The notes under the pieces are model-generated. The model was not told the DNA's origin. It did not search any database and saw only the letters and a list, made by a program, of their open reading frames with translations. Below, one piece after another: positions 52,287 through 62,139 of a stretch of DNA of 64,000 nucleotides; the first letter of the stretch is position 1, and every line of letters begins with the position of its first letter. The stretch is from a virus (Duplodnaviria > Caudoviricetes). The translations under genes and the position numbers were made by a program. The stretch is from positions 160,001 to 224,000 of the IMG/VR virus record IMGVR_UViG_3300013426_000014. One strand, given 5' to 3'.

Positions 52287-54113
52287 ATGGAAAAGATAAA
52301 TGATAACGTGATGAAATCGACATATATCTATATAGCGACGACCGATCAGTTGCGTAAGCAGCGTAAGCAGAACGTGTTTAAGGTCGGATACGCAGATGAC
52401 GTCGAGCGAAGGATGAAAGAGCTGCGCGGATATGCGAGTTCCAGGAATGACAGGTGGTACGCCATGCATGTGTATGAGGTCGTCAAAAATCCCGGAAAGA
52501 ATCCGGATCACGAGTTTCATGTATGGTATGAGATAAAGCATGGTGTCAAACTTATGACCGATGACGAGATCCGCGCGGTCATTGGGTTGGGGCAAAACGA
52601 CAAGATAAGTGAGAAGGAATTATACCGCGGCATATCGACAGACAGTGACGTTTCTGTCACAGAACTTGACAGTAAGGTACGGGAATTCCTCCGCATCGGC
52701 AAAACAAGTAAGACCGTCAGGACGAACTGGTGCATCCCGGCGAGCAGGACCCCGCGTGAGATCGCGGACATGATGGTTGATAAACTGACGGCGATCAATC
52801 CGAGATTTTTTGATTTCGATTCCAATAAGAATCTGAAAGTTTGCGATTTCGCGTGCAAGGACACATCGTTCGTGAACGCGCTGTTGGACGCGATGTTCAC
52901 TTATAATAACGGAATGTCAATGTCGAAGTCTAAAGCGAAATCACTTATAGAAGATATCCTGTCTGAACATATTTTCGCGTATTGCCTTGATTCTGAACGT
53001 GAAAACATTATGAATGGAGTAAAACGACATATAACGAGTAATCCAGACATATATAAAAAGATGGACGGAAACAAACTGAACGATAAAATATTCCGAAATT
53101 TCACAGTAGAATATATGGAAGAATATAACAGAGATACGATGGACAGCAAACTGGATATGTTGAGTGGCGGTGGAAGAAGGTTCGACGCGGTTGTAATGAA
53201 CCCGCCGTACAGTACGACCGGCGGCGGCAATCTTCACCTTGATTTCACGAAAGCCGCGCTCGAGATAGCGGACAATGTCGTGTCACTGTTTCCGTTCAGC
53301 TTTATCAAAAGGACAAGCAAGCAGTATGAGAAATACAATGTCGCATTCGACGACAGATTGTTGTCAGTGGAGGAGATTTCATCGAAAATGTTCTCAGGGA
53401 CGAACATGCAGAACGTCGGCATATACAATTTCGTGCCGTATAACGACAGTGTGATAACTGTGACCGATTTGACAGGTTCGACGAAAACAGTAAGGTCTTT
53501 GTCAGAGTCGGATGTCGTCAAAGAAGAGTCTGAACTTTTCGACGCGATGAAATCGGTCGGTCATATAAATCATGTCGCGCTATTACGTGATGGCCGAAAC
53601 ATAAGGAAAATGAATCCAAATTTATCTGCCGCCGATGCGCAAATAATCAAATGTAATGAATTAGCAGCCAAACAATCCAGTAAATTCGACAATAAAAAGG
53701 TTTGTCTTGTCGCTTCCGCAATAAGCGGAACGAATACTAAATTTAACGGCAAAATAATATCACAAAGTTCTGGACAAATTTGTGATACAGTTGAATCGTT
53801 GAATGATGCGCTTGTACATATGACCGCGCATAATTATTGCGGGCTATTCGTTAATTCGGTAAAGGCTGCGAAACAGCTCAAACAGTCGTGTCAGGGAAAT
53901 CTTATTCGTTTTTTGATTTACCGGTCACAAAAAGATAGACGTATAACGGCAAGGACGCTTGATTCGATTCCCAACATCGACTGGTCAGATTCGAAGGCGA
54001 AGACAGATCAGGGAATACTTGAACTTTGCGGCATGACACCGGACCGCGCGAGATATTGGGCGGAATACTGCGCCGACAAGATTTATCAGGTTGATCACGG
54101 CAAACTGGTGTAA
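52287..54113 (+). CDS. T5orf172-like domain fused to amino-methyltransferase-like region; paralog of 40272-42200
   Basis: YIYIA...FKVGYA..VERRMKEL; TPREIADMM; VCDFACKD; GGRRFDAVVMNPPY shared with the paralog. Confidence 0.78.
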   Translation: MEKINDNVMKSTYIYIATTDQLRKQRKQNVFKVGYADDVERRMKELRGYASSRNDRWYAMHVYEVVKNPGKNPDHEFHVWYEIKHGVKLMTDDEIRAVIGLGQNDKISEKELYRGISTDSDVSVTELDSKVREFLRIGKTSKTVRTNWCIPASRTPREIADMMVDKLTAINPRFFDFDSNKNLKVCDFACKDTSFVNALLDAMFTYNNGMSMSKSKAKSLIEDILSEHIFAYCLDSERENIMNGVKRHITSNPDIYKKMDGNKLNDKIFRNFTVEYMEEYNRDTMDSKLDMLSGGGRRFDAVVMNPPYSTTGGGNLHLDFTKAALEIADNVVSLFPFSFIKRTSKQYEKYNVAFDDRLLSVEEISSKMFSGTNMQNVGIYNFVPYNDSVITVTDLTGSTKTVRSLSESDVVKEESELFDAMKSVGHINHVALLRDGRNIRKMNPNLSAADAQIIKCNELAAKQSSKFDNKKVCLVASAISGTNTKFNGKIISQSSGQICDTVESLNDALVHMTAHNYCGLFVNSVKAAKQLKQSCQGNLIRFLIYRSQKDRRITARTLDSIPNIDWSDSKAKTDQGILELCGMTPDRARYWAEYCADKIYQVDHGKLV

Positions 54114-54115
54114 TT

Positions 54116-54589
54116 ATGGAATCCATGAAATCATACGGCAATTATTCTCGCGTCTCGAACATTTCGATCCCGCCATATTGCGCGGCCGCGCGGGAATATG
54201 ACACGGCGATATGCTATCATCTGAGATACATGAACTATATCGCGCATCCGAATTATTTTAACCGCGGAACCGGATCAAAGATATGCCGTGTCTGCCCGCA
54301 CTGTGTCGGCAGATATTCGGTTTACCCTAAAATTGTGCACGGTTTCTTGTGGAGTATAATGCGCCGGTCGGAATCATATTCTGTTCATGTAGAAGATCAG
54401 CTTGCCAATATTGACGATTACGTGTCGTATACCCGTTACGCGTCGTATCTTGCCGGGCTAACGGATGATACATATTATGACTGCAACAGTATCACATATT
54501 CATTCCATATTGTCAGACTGTATATAAACAAGTGGCACGCTGGCAGACATGCCGAATATGATGTAAATGACATAAACAGTACAGACTAA
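54116..54589 (+). CDS. Hypothetical protein
   Basis: 157-aa Tyr-rich ORF with CxxC. Confidence 0.55.
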   Translation: MESMKSYGNYSRVSNISIPPYCAAAREYDTAICYHLRYMNYIAHPNYFNRGTGSKICRVCPHCVGRYSVYPKIVHGFLWSIMRRSESYSVHVEDQLANIDDYVSYTRYASYLAGLTDDTYYDCNSITYSFHIVRLYINKWHAGRHAEYDVNDINSTD

Positions 54590-54846
54590 TGACAGTTAAT
54601 TTACAAACGCCGATACGTGATTTCACACAAGGTCCGGCGCCGGGACAAAATATGCTTGATTTTAAGCGAGACCTGACACCGGCGCAAAAGTACATGCTTA
54701 CGAGAATAAATGTCATGTCGGCGGTCAAGATGTATATGATGTATCATCTTGATCTCAAACTACCAGTGAAGAGAATGACGCCTCCTGTCGATATTAATGA
54801 CACGTTCGATCCATTCCATCCGTTCCATATGATTTCTTTGAAATAA
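54589..54846 (+). CDS. Hypothetical protein
   Basis: TAATG-coupled ORF. Confidence 0.55.
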   Translation: MTVNLQTPIRDFTQGPAPGQNMLDFKRDLTPAQKYMLTRINVMSAVKMYMMYHLDLKLPVKRMTPPVDINDTFDPFHPFHMISLK

Positions 54847-54878
54847 TGCGTCAGTGAGCGATATATAATATATGAAAC

Positions 54879-54951
54879 GGTCGTATGGTTGAATGGTAAC
54901 AATGCCGGCTTGTCACGCCGCGCGGTCCGGGTTCGAATCCCGGTATGACCG
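54879..54951 (+). tRNA. tRNA-Asp(GTC)
   Basis: CCGGC-TT GTC AC-GCCGC. Confidence 0.88.
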
Positions 54952-55116
54952 CAAATAAAATAATAACATGTCCAGGGATCAGTGGGACGGCAAGCGCGGG
55001 TCGGCGTGTCTGTAAGGTGCACACTTAGTAACGGCCTTATGGTGTGTGAAGTCCCGGGTTATAGATGTCCGGAAGATCAGATACCCTATGAAACCGTCCG
55101 GACATGTTTTTTGTAT

Positions 55117-55902
55117 ATGTCTTTTTCGGTCAATGAATATATCAGGTCCGGCGGACGTTCACTTGACGCGGGGATTCGCGCGGGCAGGCGGTATTCCGTG
55201 CTTGAGTCGTTTTACCCGCGGGGAATTGTGCCGGCGGATGTACGGAACAGGTTTGGCGCCGATCCACGGTTCGATTTTATCAATGAGAATCTGAACACGC
55301 ATGATTATAATATCATGATGAAGGCGGTGGAGCGGTATCTCGGTGATCATCTTGACGGATGAAATCCGCTGTTCGGAAAAGACAGGGAGCTTGACATGAT
55401 AGAGCTGCGGTTTCCGTCGTTCATCATGTCGGAAATATATGAGGACGACCCCGGGCTTAGGGATATACTTGACTTTTATGGGTATTACGTCACCCATATT
55501 GAGGATAATGTCATTCAGGTCGAGCCGAAATATTCCAGGAATATGAGTTCATACATATACGGCGAATGCCGTGGGATTGTGTTCCATATGACAGATGTCA
55601 ATAATATTCCATCAATAATGCGGAATGGGCTGAGAACGAAAACGGCGAGGTATCGTATTTTTCCGCGGCGTGTGTATGTGTTCGCCGATCCAGATATCAT
55701 GGATGTTAATGACGATATATTCGCTGAATACGCGCCGGAATTGATGGAGCGTCCAGAGAATTTGTCCGTCCTTAAGCTTGACGTCCGCGGGATGGGTGTC
55801 GATTTTTATCAAGATCTCGCGATGGACAGGGACGGTGTGTTCTTCACGTATACGAATTTGCCAGCGGCGTGTATTGTCGGATGCAGTCGCGTGTTGAAAT
55901 AA
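55117..55902 (+). CDS. ADP-ribosyltransferase-fold-like protein, 1 TGA=Trp
   Basis: Upstream piece is in frame with 55396-55902 across TGA 55360; VFHMTDVNNIPSIMRNGL...RVYVF...LKLD resembles ART/KptA-like folds. Confidence 0.6.
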
Positions 55903-55930
55903 AATATATCAGAATCATATATAATTTAAT

Positions 55931-56125
55931 ATGGATAATAATCTTAGGAAATTCGGATGGATCGCGTTTGTAATGGTATCAGTCCTGCTGTTGGTGATCA
56001 CGTCTTCCGGCGTGTGGAACGCGGTTGCGCTTAAGTCAGTTGATCCTTTTTATGGATGGATTGCCGGAGCGAATTTCATTGTTTCTGCATTTTTTATCTG
56101 GAGATATTTCAAAGACAAACTGTAG
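55931..56125 (+). CDS. Small two-TM membrane protein
   Basis: Two hydrophobic helices. Confidence 0.65.
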   Translation: MDNNLRKFGWIAFVMVSVLLLVITSSGVWNAVALKSVDPFYGWIAGANFIVSAFFIWRYFKDKL

Positions 56126-56157
56126 TCAATACAGTAAAAAACAAAATATTGTGTGTT

Positions 56158-56319
56158 ATGAAGAAATTCATTTCATTCATTCTCGCCGCCGCGATGCTGG
56201 TTTGCGTCATGTCATGCGGTAATAACAAAAAGGCGGATGTCACGGATCAGGACAATGTGACTGTAATCGCGTCCTCTGCTGATTCGACCGCCACGGCGGA
56301 TTCGGTAGTAGTTGAATAA
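56158..56319 (+). CDS. Small lipoprotein
   Basis: MKKFISFILAAAMLVCVMSC signal peptide II. Confidence 0.7.
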   Translation: MKKFISFILAAAMLVCVMSCGNNKKADVTDQDNVTVIASSADSTATADSVVVE

Positions 56320-56357
56320 TTTTTACCGGCATAACGGGTGTTTACCCGTTTTTTTAA

Positions 56358-56428
56358 GGCTCTGTAGTTAAACGGTATAATCTCTGTTTTGTACTCAGAT
56401 GTTGTCGGTTCGATTCCGGCCGGAGCCT
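56358..56428 (+). tRNA. tRNA-Thr(TGT), second
   Basis: TCTGT-TT TGT AC-TCAGA. Confidence 0.8.
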
Positions 56429-56451
56429 CTAAATTTATTATTCAGACAGAA

Positions 56452-56724
56452 ATGAAACAACGTATTATCGCGATTCTGCTCGCTTTGTTCCTTGGCACAT
56501 TGGGCGTGCATGCGTTTTATCTTAACGATAAGAAACATGGTCAGACGCTGCTTATACTGACATTGGTCGGATGGTTCACGTCATTCCTTCTTATCGGGTT
56601 CATCCCGCTTGTTGTGACAGCGGTATGGGCATTTGTTGATTTCGTCAAACTGTGTCTTATGTCCGACCGGGAGTTTGAACGCAAGTATACCTGTCCGGAA
56701 GAAATTATCGACATATCAGAATAG
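56452..56724 (+). CDS. TM2 domain membrane protein
   Basis: IAILLALFLGTLGVHAFYL ... MSDREFERKY. Confidence 0.85.
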   Translation: MKQRIIAILLALFLGTLGVHAFYLNDKKHGQTLLILTLVGWFTSFLLIGFIPLVVTAVWAFVDFVKLCLMSDREFERKYTCPEEIIDISE

Positions 56725-56789
56725 ACATATTAGAATAATTTCTTTCGTCTCGATATATAATATATGAAACGGGTTATAAGACCCGAAAT

Positions 56790-56862
56790 GCCACTTTAGC
56801 TCAGTCGGTAGAGCAGCGCATTCGTAACGCGCAGGTCGTCAGTTCGAACCTGATGAGTGGCT
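56790..56862 (+). tRNA. tRNA-Thr(CGT)
   Basis: GCGCA-TT CGT AA-CGCGC. Confidence 0.9.
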
Positions 56863-56874
56863 CAGAGAGTTGAT

Positions 56875-56948
56875 GGGCGTGTGGGATGAGCGGTTTAGTC
56901 CACGGTCTGCAAAACCGTTTGACGCCGGTTCGAATCCGGCCTCGCCCT
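56875..56948 (+). tRNA. tRNA-Cys(GCA)
   Basis: ACGGT-CT GCA AA-ACCGT. Confidence 0.88.
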
Positions 56949-57077
56949 CGGATTTGGATATTTAATGTGATATATACAATACACATAGATTTAATAGATT
57001 TAAGTTTTTGATTACACCTCTTTTTTGGTCCCGGATTTGTTGTGAAATAAGTTCGGGACATTTTATATATAATAATC

Positions 57078-57512
57078 ATGGATAACACACGGTTTGAACA
57101 TTATTATGAGAAAGTTGACGAGGAACGCGACATGCGACGTATCGGATTCGTTCTCACATTGTATTATGCCAGGCGGTTCGAGATAGTGACGTCGAACATC
57201 CGGACCGCGATGAAGGATTTCGACACGGTGTTCCGTCCGTCTGCAGAGCCGACAGTAAAGAAGTATAAGATGCTGTCAACATATTCAACGCGAAACGCGC
57301 ATAATGTCGATGAGAACGGAAAGTCAATATTGTGTAAAGGCATAAGAAATTCGCTGCTGAAAAATGATTATATAAACGTCATTGATCTTGACCGCCGTAT
57401 AACCGGAAAAAAATATGCTGTGGAACAGTTTTCTGTCGGTTATATACGTTTATTGTCGTCGATTTCAGAACAGCAAGGATGTATAATGAAGCATTGCAGG
57501 ATTATCAGGTAA
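57078..57512 (+). CDS. Hypothetical protein
   Basis: 144-aa ORF. Confidence 0.6.
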   Translation: MDNTRFEHYYEKVDEERDMRRIGFVLTLYYARRFEIVTSNIRTAMKDFDTVFRPSAEPTVKKYKMLSTYSTRNAHNVDENGKSILCKGIRNSLLKNDYINVIDLDRRITGKKYAVEQFSVGYIRLLSSISEQQGCIMKHCRIIR

Positions 57513-57609
57513 TAATTTTTTGAAAATATTTTTCTGTTACGGAAAAAACTCTTATATTCGCATTGTCATTCTTGATGACATATTGTTTAACCTTTTAATT
57601 TACAAAGTT

Positions 57610-58014
57610 ATGGCTAAATTGAAGAAGAATCAGTTCCAGAGCGATCTGATGCGTAATTACAAACAGCTGCGTGATTCCAAGGCGCAGGCCGTCGTCACGA
57701 ACTGTGAGAAGGTCTACCGCCGTAAGATCGAGGATCTCGTCGAGAGGTGCCGTCAGGTCGAGATGGACAGACAGGATATCATCAACGAGCTTGTTCCGTC
57801 CGGGTTGGGTCAAACCAATGTCGTGCCATCGGACTTTTCCGCTGAGTCACTCTACCAGAAGGACATTGAGATGGGCAAGGTTGAGCGACGCGCGAAAATC
57901 GAGCTCGAGGTCGCATGCGACCGTTATCAGAAGCTGTTCGGCCCGTTGAAGGAAGCTGAGTCGATCAAAGAGATCCTTCCTGATCTCACGGTTTACGAGT
58001 TCGAGGAGGAATAA
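57610..58014 (+). CDS. Hypothetical coiled-coil protein coupled to the vWA gene
   Basis: ATG 57610; TAATG overlap with the next gene. Confidence 0.7.
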   Translation: MAKLKKNQFQSDLMRNYKQLRDSKAQAVVTNCEKVYRRKIEDLVERCRQVEMDRQDIINELVPSGLGQTNVVPSDFSAESLYQKDIEMGKVERRAKIELEVACDRYQKLFGPLKEAESIKEILPDLTVYEFEEE

Positions 58015-58919
58015 TGGGTTGCGGCACATATAGCTCCGCCGCACGGGAGATCCGTGCGGCGGAGAATGGTTATCGCGACAAATCCGCACGTGAGATATTC
58101 ACGGAGCGGTCATTGAATTCAGAGATGTCGCCGTACGGGCTTGACGTCAGGGAGTCTCGCGATTCAGCGGAACATCCGGATTCGTTCCCGATCATCATCG
58201 CGCTTGACGTCACCGGATCGATGGGCTCAATCCCCACGTATCTTGTCAAGAGGGGATTGCCCGCCATCATGGACAAGATCATAAAGTCCGGCATTAAGGA
58301 TCCACAGGTTCTTTTCCTTGGCATCGGTGATCATGAGTGGGACGATGCGCCGCTGCAGGTCGGACAGTTCGAATCGTCTGACGAACTTCTCGATCACTGG
58401 CTCACGAAAGTATACATCGAAGGGGGCGGCGGCGGTAATGACGGTGAGTCATACCTGCTCGCGTGGGATGTCGCTGCGAGGCATACGTCGACCGACGCGT
58501 GGGAAAAACGCAAAAAGAAAGGATTGTGCGTCACAATTGGTGACGAGAAGACCCTTGAAACCGTACCGCTTTCCGATATGAAGAGATTATACGGTCCGGA
58601 TTGCGCCGGTCAGTCCGCGGGTGACGCGAACATGTTGTTTGTGGCGGCGTCTGAAAAATGGGAATGCTTTCATATCAACCTGACATCCACATATTCCGGA
58701 AAACGCCCTTCCGTTCAGTCGTTCTGGAAGCAGCTATGCGGTGATCATTGCGTTATCGTTGACGACAAGGAGAAAGTCGCGGATGTGATTGCGGATCTCG
58801 CCATAAAGACATACGGTGAAGTCAAGCCTGAAACTGTCGGGCTGGATGACGATGATAATTTCACGATCAAGCCGGCGGGCACAAAGCGGGCCGTTCCGGA
58901 TGACGACTGGGACGATTAA
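58014..58919 (+). CDS. von Willebrand factor A domain protein
   Basis: IIIALDVTGSMG MIDAS motif, GGGGNDGESY, IGDE. Confidence 0.85.
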   Translation: MGCGTYSSAAREIRAAENGYRDKSAREIFTERSLNSEMSPYGLDVRESRDSAEHPDSFPIIIALDVTGSMGSIPTYLVKRGLPAIMDKIIKSGIKDPQVLFLGIGDHEWDDAPLQVGQFESSDELLDHWLTKVYIEGGGGGNDGESYLLAWDVAARHTSTDAWEKRKKKGLCVTIGDEKTLETVPLSDMKRLYGPDCAGQSAGDANMLFVAASEKWECFHINLTSTYSGKRPSVQSFWKQLCGDHCVIVDDKEKVADVIADLAIKTYGEVKPETVGLDDDDNFTIKPAGTKRAVPDDDWDD

Positions 58920-59190
58920 AAATCAGCAACATCAAAATAATTACATAAAAATATGGGATGTATCAATTACGGGACAGCTCCGATTGAGGTCGAGAAGCAG
59001 GAACAGGTGAAGTCTGATACCGAAAACAAAGAGCATCAGAATAACGACGCGGCGGAAGAATCTTAGTTCGGCGCCGGAAGTGAATGATTCAGCGGATCCG
59101 TTTTTTACAGGCGGATCCGCGTTTTTTATTATAAAAATTTCCATATGTGAAAATAAAGCGTTATATTTGTGTTGTTAATTGAATTGGATT

Positions 59191-60690
59191 ATGGTAGAGA
59201 CAACACATGTAAAAACAAATATCGTTATCGGTATGGGATTCGGTGACGAGGGAAAAGGCAGAGTCACCGCATGGCTCGCCGATAAAATGGCGCGGACAAC
59301 GTCGGCGCCGTACAGAGACAAGGCGGCGTGTGTCGTCAGGTTTTCCGGCGGGCAGCAGGCGGGACATACCGTCGTGTCGAAACTTGACGGGATGATACCG
59401 TACACGTTCGAGTCAGACAAGTACAGTCATCAAATCCGTCATGTGTTCTCGACCCTCGGTTCCGGGACGCTTTCGGACTTTAATACGTATGTCTCGAAAT
59501 ACTGCGTGTTCGATCCGCAATGCGCTGTGAACGAGTTCCGTGCCATCGGGAATGAGATTGAGAACGAGCTGGTCGGAGTCCCGGTCAAGGGTTTTGATAT
59601 GATCATGCCAGATGACGCCGCTCATGACATGTGCGGAAAATATTGGATGTATCTTCCGAAATGCGTCATCGACCCCCGCGTCCCGTTGACCACACCGTAT
59701 GAGGTGTACGCAAACCAACATTCGGGTGACACCATTTCGGACGGCACGTGCGGGATGGGCGTGTGGGCGACGCGCGTCCGTGAGACGGCGGGTATCTCGA
59801 TCACCGCCGGCGATATGCGGTATCCCGTCGTCTTACGGACCAAACTGAAATCACTCGCCGGCTGGTACCGCAAATCCGGCGTCTTGCCGGCAGATATCGA
59901 TCTCGAGCTCGACAGATGGCTTTCCGCCGTCGATTTGATCATCAGGGACAGCAGACATTTTTCAATCGGTCCGCTTCCCGCATGTTCGGACGGATTGATA
60001 TTCGAAGGGTCACAGGGACTGTTGCTTGACCAGACGCATGGTTTCGCGCCGAACACGACGCCGTCCGATACCGGACTGTCCAACCTCACCGCGTTCGATA
60101 ACGATCTTGGTTTCGGTAAACGTCCGATTAACATGCTCAACGACATATTCTTACGAAACAACGGCGAAGACATGCGCGACATTGTGTTCTCTTCTGACAT
60201 ATATCTCGTCACCCGCGCGTATCAGACGCGGCACGGCGCCGGTTTCATGACGAACGAGACGCTGCCGCACAATATCGCGGATGATCCGGACGAGACAAAT
60301 GTGATGAACGAGTGGCAGAAAGATTTCAGAAAATCAATTCTTGACGTCGATCTGCTCAATTACGCGCTCGACCGCCACATGATATGCGAGACGGTGAACG
60401 GCACGAAGTCGAGACTTCATCTCGTTGTGACATGTGTCGATCATGTGCGTGACGCGTTGTGCTTCACTGAGAACGGGAAGATGCGGCAGTTTTCTGACAC
60501 AGACGAGTTCATCGCGGAAATCGGATCGGCGCTGTTTGACCACAGGACGATCACCAGTGAGGTAAAGCTGCATTATAGCGATTCGCCGTCCGGCCAGATA
60601 AAGGATGCGATGTCGAAACAGGAATATATGCGCCGTAACTACGTGAGATATGCGAGCACATATGATTCGAATTGCGTCGCGATAGGTTAA
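59191..60690 (+). CDS. Adenylosuccinate synthetase-like protein
   Basis: GFGDEGKG, RFSGGQQAGHTV, IFEGSQGLLLD, VTRAYQTRHGAG, DETN motifs. Confidence 0.85.
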   Translation: MVETTHVKTNIVIGMGFGDEGKGRVTAWLADKMARTTSAPYRDKAACVVRFSGGQQAGHTVVSKLDGMIPYTFESDKYSHQIRHVFSTLGSGTLSDFNTYVSKYCVFDPQCAVNEFRAIGNEIENELVGVPVKGFDMIMPDDAAHDMCGKYWMYLPKCVIDPRVPLTTPYEVYANQHSGDTISDGTCGMGVWATRVRETAGISITAGDMRYPVVLRTKLKSLAGWYRKSGVLPADIDLELDRWLSAVDLIIRDSRHFSIGPLPACSDGLIFEGSQGLLLDQTHGFAPNTTPSDTGLSNLTAFDNDLGFGKRPINMLNDIFLRNNGEDMRDIVFSSDIYLVTRAYQTRHGAGFMTNETLPHNIADDPDETNVMNEWQKDFRKSILDVDLLNYALDRHMICETVNGTKSRLHLVVTCVDHVRDALCFTENGKMRQFSDTDEFIAEIGSALFDHRTITSEVKLHYSDSPSGQIKDAMSKQEYMRRNYVRYASTYDSNCVAIG

Positions 60691-60715
60691 ACAATCAAAA
60701 TAAAATCATAGGGTC

Positions 60716-61351
60716 ATGGAGATATTGACAGATTTTGATTATACATTCGAGAGCGGTGACAGACTGTTCTTTACTTCAGACACGCATTTCGGGCATGAAC
60801 GGATAATACAATACTGCAATCGTCCGTTCAGGGACGCGGTTGAAATGAACGAGGCGCTGATCCGGAACTGGAACGCCGTCGTGCCGTCGGACGGAATTGT
60901 GTTTCATCTTGGCGACTTCGCGATGGGGATGGATCAGGACAGAATCGCCGGGATCATATCACGGCTCAACGGGACGGTGTATCTTGTTGCCGGGAATCAT
61001 GACAGGCATTCACTTTCCCCATCGGTGCAGGACATGTTCAAGGATGTCATATATCAGACATTGATTAAGGTCGGCAGGAAAAAGCTGTTGCTCTCGCATT
61101 TTCCGCTGCTGTGCTACACGGGTCAGGACAAGGGAGTCGACGATACAGTCATCCAGCTGTACGGGCATGTTCACTCTGGCCCGTCGTCAGACGGCTCTGA
61201 TTCTGAACGGGTCAGGATGTGCTGTTTCCCGGGGCAGTATGACGTCGGCGTCGACAATAATAGTTACGCGCCGGTGTCTTACGCGGATGTTATCGGCAAA
61301 GTCATCCCGGCGCTGGAGAAACATGACAGACATAAAAGAAAGGATTTATAA
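60716..61351 (+). CDS. Calcineurin-like metallophosphoesterase
   Basis: SDTHFGH, HLGDF, GNHD, GHVH, DVGVD. Confidence 0.9.
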   Translation: MEILTDFDYTFESGDRLFFTSDTHFGHERIIQYCNRPFRDAVEMNEALIRNWNAVVPSDGIVFHLGDFAMGMDQDRIAGIISRLNGTVYLVAGNHDRHSLSPSVQDMFKDVIYQTLIKVGRKKLLLSHFPLLCYTGQDKGVDDTVIQLYGHVHSGPSSDGSDSERVRMCCFPGQYDVGVDNNSYAPVSYADVIGKVIPALEKHDRHKRKDL

Positions 61352-61669
61352 ATGGAGAATAAGGAAAGAAAAATCATCCGGTACGAAGTGACATGGCCGG
61401 CAGGGATGAATCCGTCATACAGGATGACGTTCCCACCGGATCAGTTCAAGGACAGGCTCGCCGCCGGTTTTGTTGTCGATTTTCAGCGGACGCTTAACTC
61501 GATGCGGAAAGGCGGGAAGACTGTCACGATCAATCTCAGTGACTGTGATGTTTACCGGGTTGAACGCACAGTGACAGTGACTAAATCAAAGGTCGACATC
61601 CCCAATATGGAGGAAAGGTTTATTGACAGGGACATCAGAGACAACGACGACACATTGCTGACAGATTAA
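61352..61669 (+). CDS. Hypothetical protein
   Basis: 105-aa ORF in operon. Confidence 0.6.
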   Translation: MENKERKIIRYEVTWPAGMNPSYRMTFPPDQFKDRLAAGFVVDFQRTLNSMRKGGKTVTINLSDCDVYRVERTVTVTKSKVDIPNMEERFIDRDIRDNDDTLLTD

Positions 61670-61686
61670 TTCAATTCAAAATTACA

Positions 61687-62139
61687 ATGGAAGAGATTCA
61701 TAATGAAATCAAAGACGCGAGACCGGTGAAGCAGGTCATCGTGTTCAGGAAGGATTTGCTCAAGGGGCAGGACGCGATAAGGAAAGGGAAGTTCGCCGGT
61801 CAGGTCGCGCACGCGTCGACGGCCGCGCTGCTGTCGTGTTTCCGTAAAAGGGAGGCCGGCGGCATGTGCTGTTATGACGTCGAGTTCAAGAAAGGAACGT
61901 ATCTTGACACATGGCTGAACGGTATATTCACGAAGGTTGTTGTATCTGTGCCGGACGACGACACGTTGAGGGACCTGTACAATCAGATCCAGATGGACGC
62001 ACCGGAGATTCCTGTGGCGCTTATAACGGATTGCGGTCGGACGGAGTTTCACGACATGCCGACGAATACCTGTATCGGGATTGGCCCGTATTACGCGGAT
62101 GAAATCGACAAGTTCACCGCTGGTCTGCCGTTGTTGTAA
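61687..62139 (+). CDS. Peptidyl-tRNA hydrolase, Pth2 family
   Basis: KQVIVFRKDL...KGKFAGQVAHAS...TKVVV...ITDCGRTEF...TCIGIGP...LPLL. Confidence 0.92.
   Translation: MEEIHNEIKDARPVKQVIVFRKDLLKGQDAIRKGKFAGQVAHASTAALLSCFRKREAGGMCCYDVEFKKGTYLDTWLNGIFTKVVVSVPDDDTLRDLYNQIQMDAPEIPVALITDCGRTEFHDMPTNTCIGIGPYYADEIDKFTAGLPLL

Noticed and set aside
59191-60690. PurZ (2-aminoadenine DNA pathway)
   Set aside because: Retains the PurA-type Asp in GDEGKG rather than the Ser typical of PurZ; no recognisable partner genes
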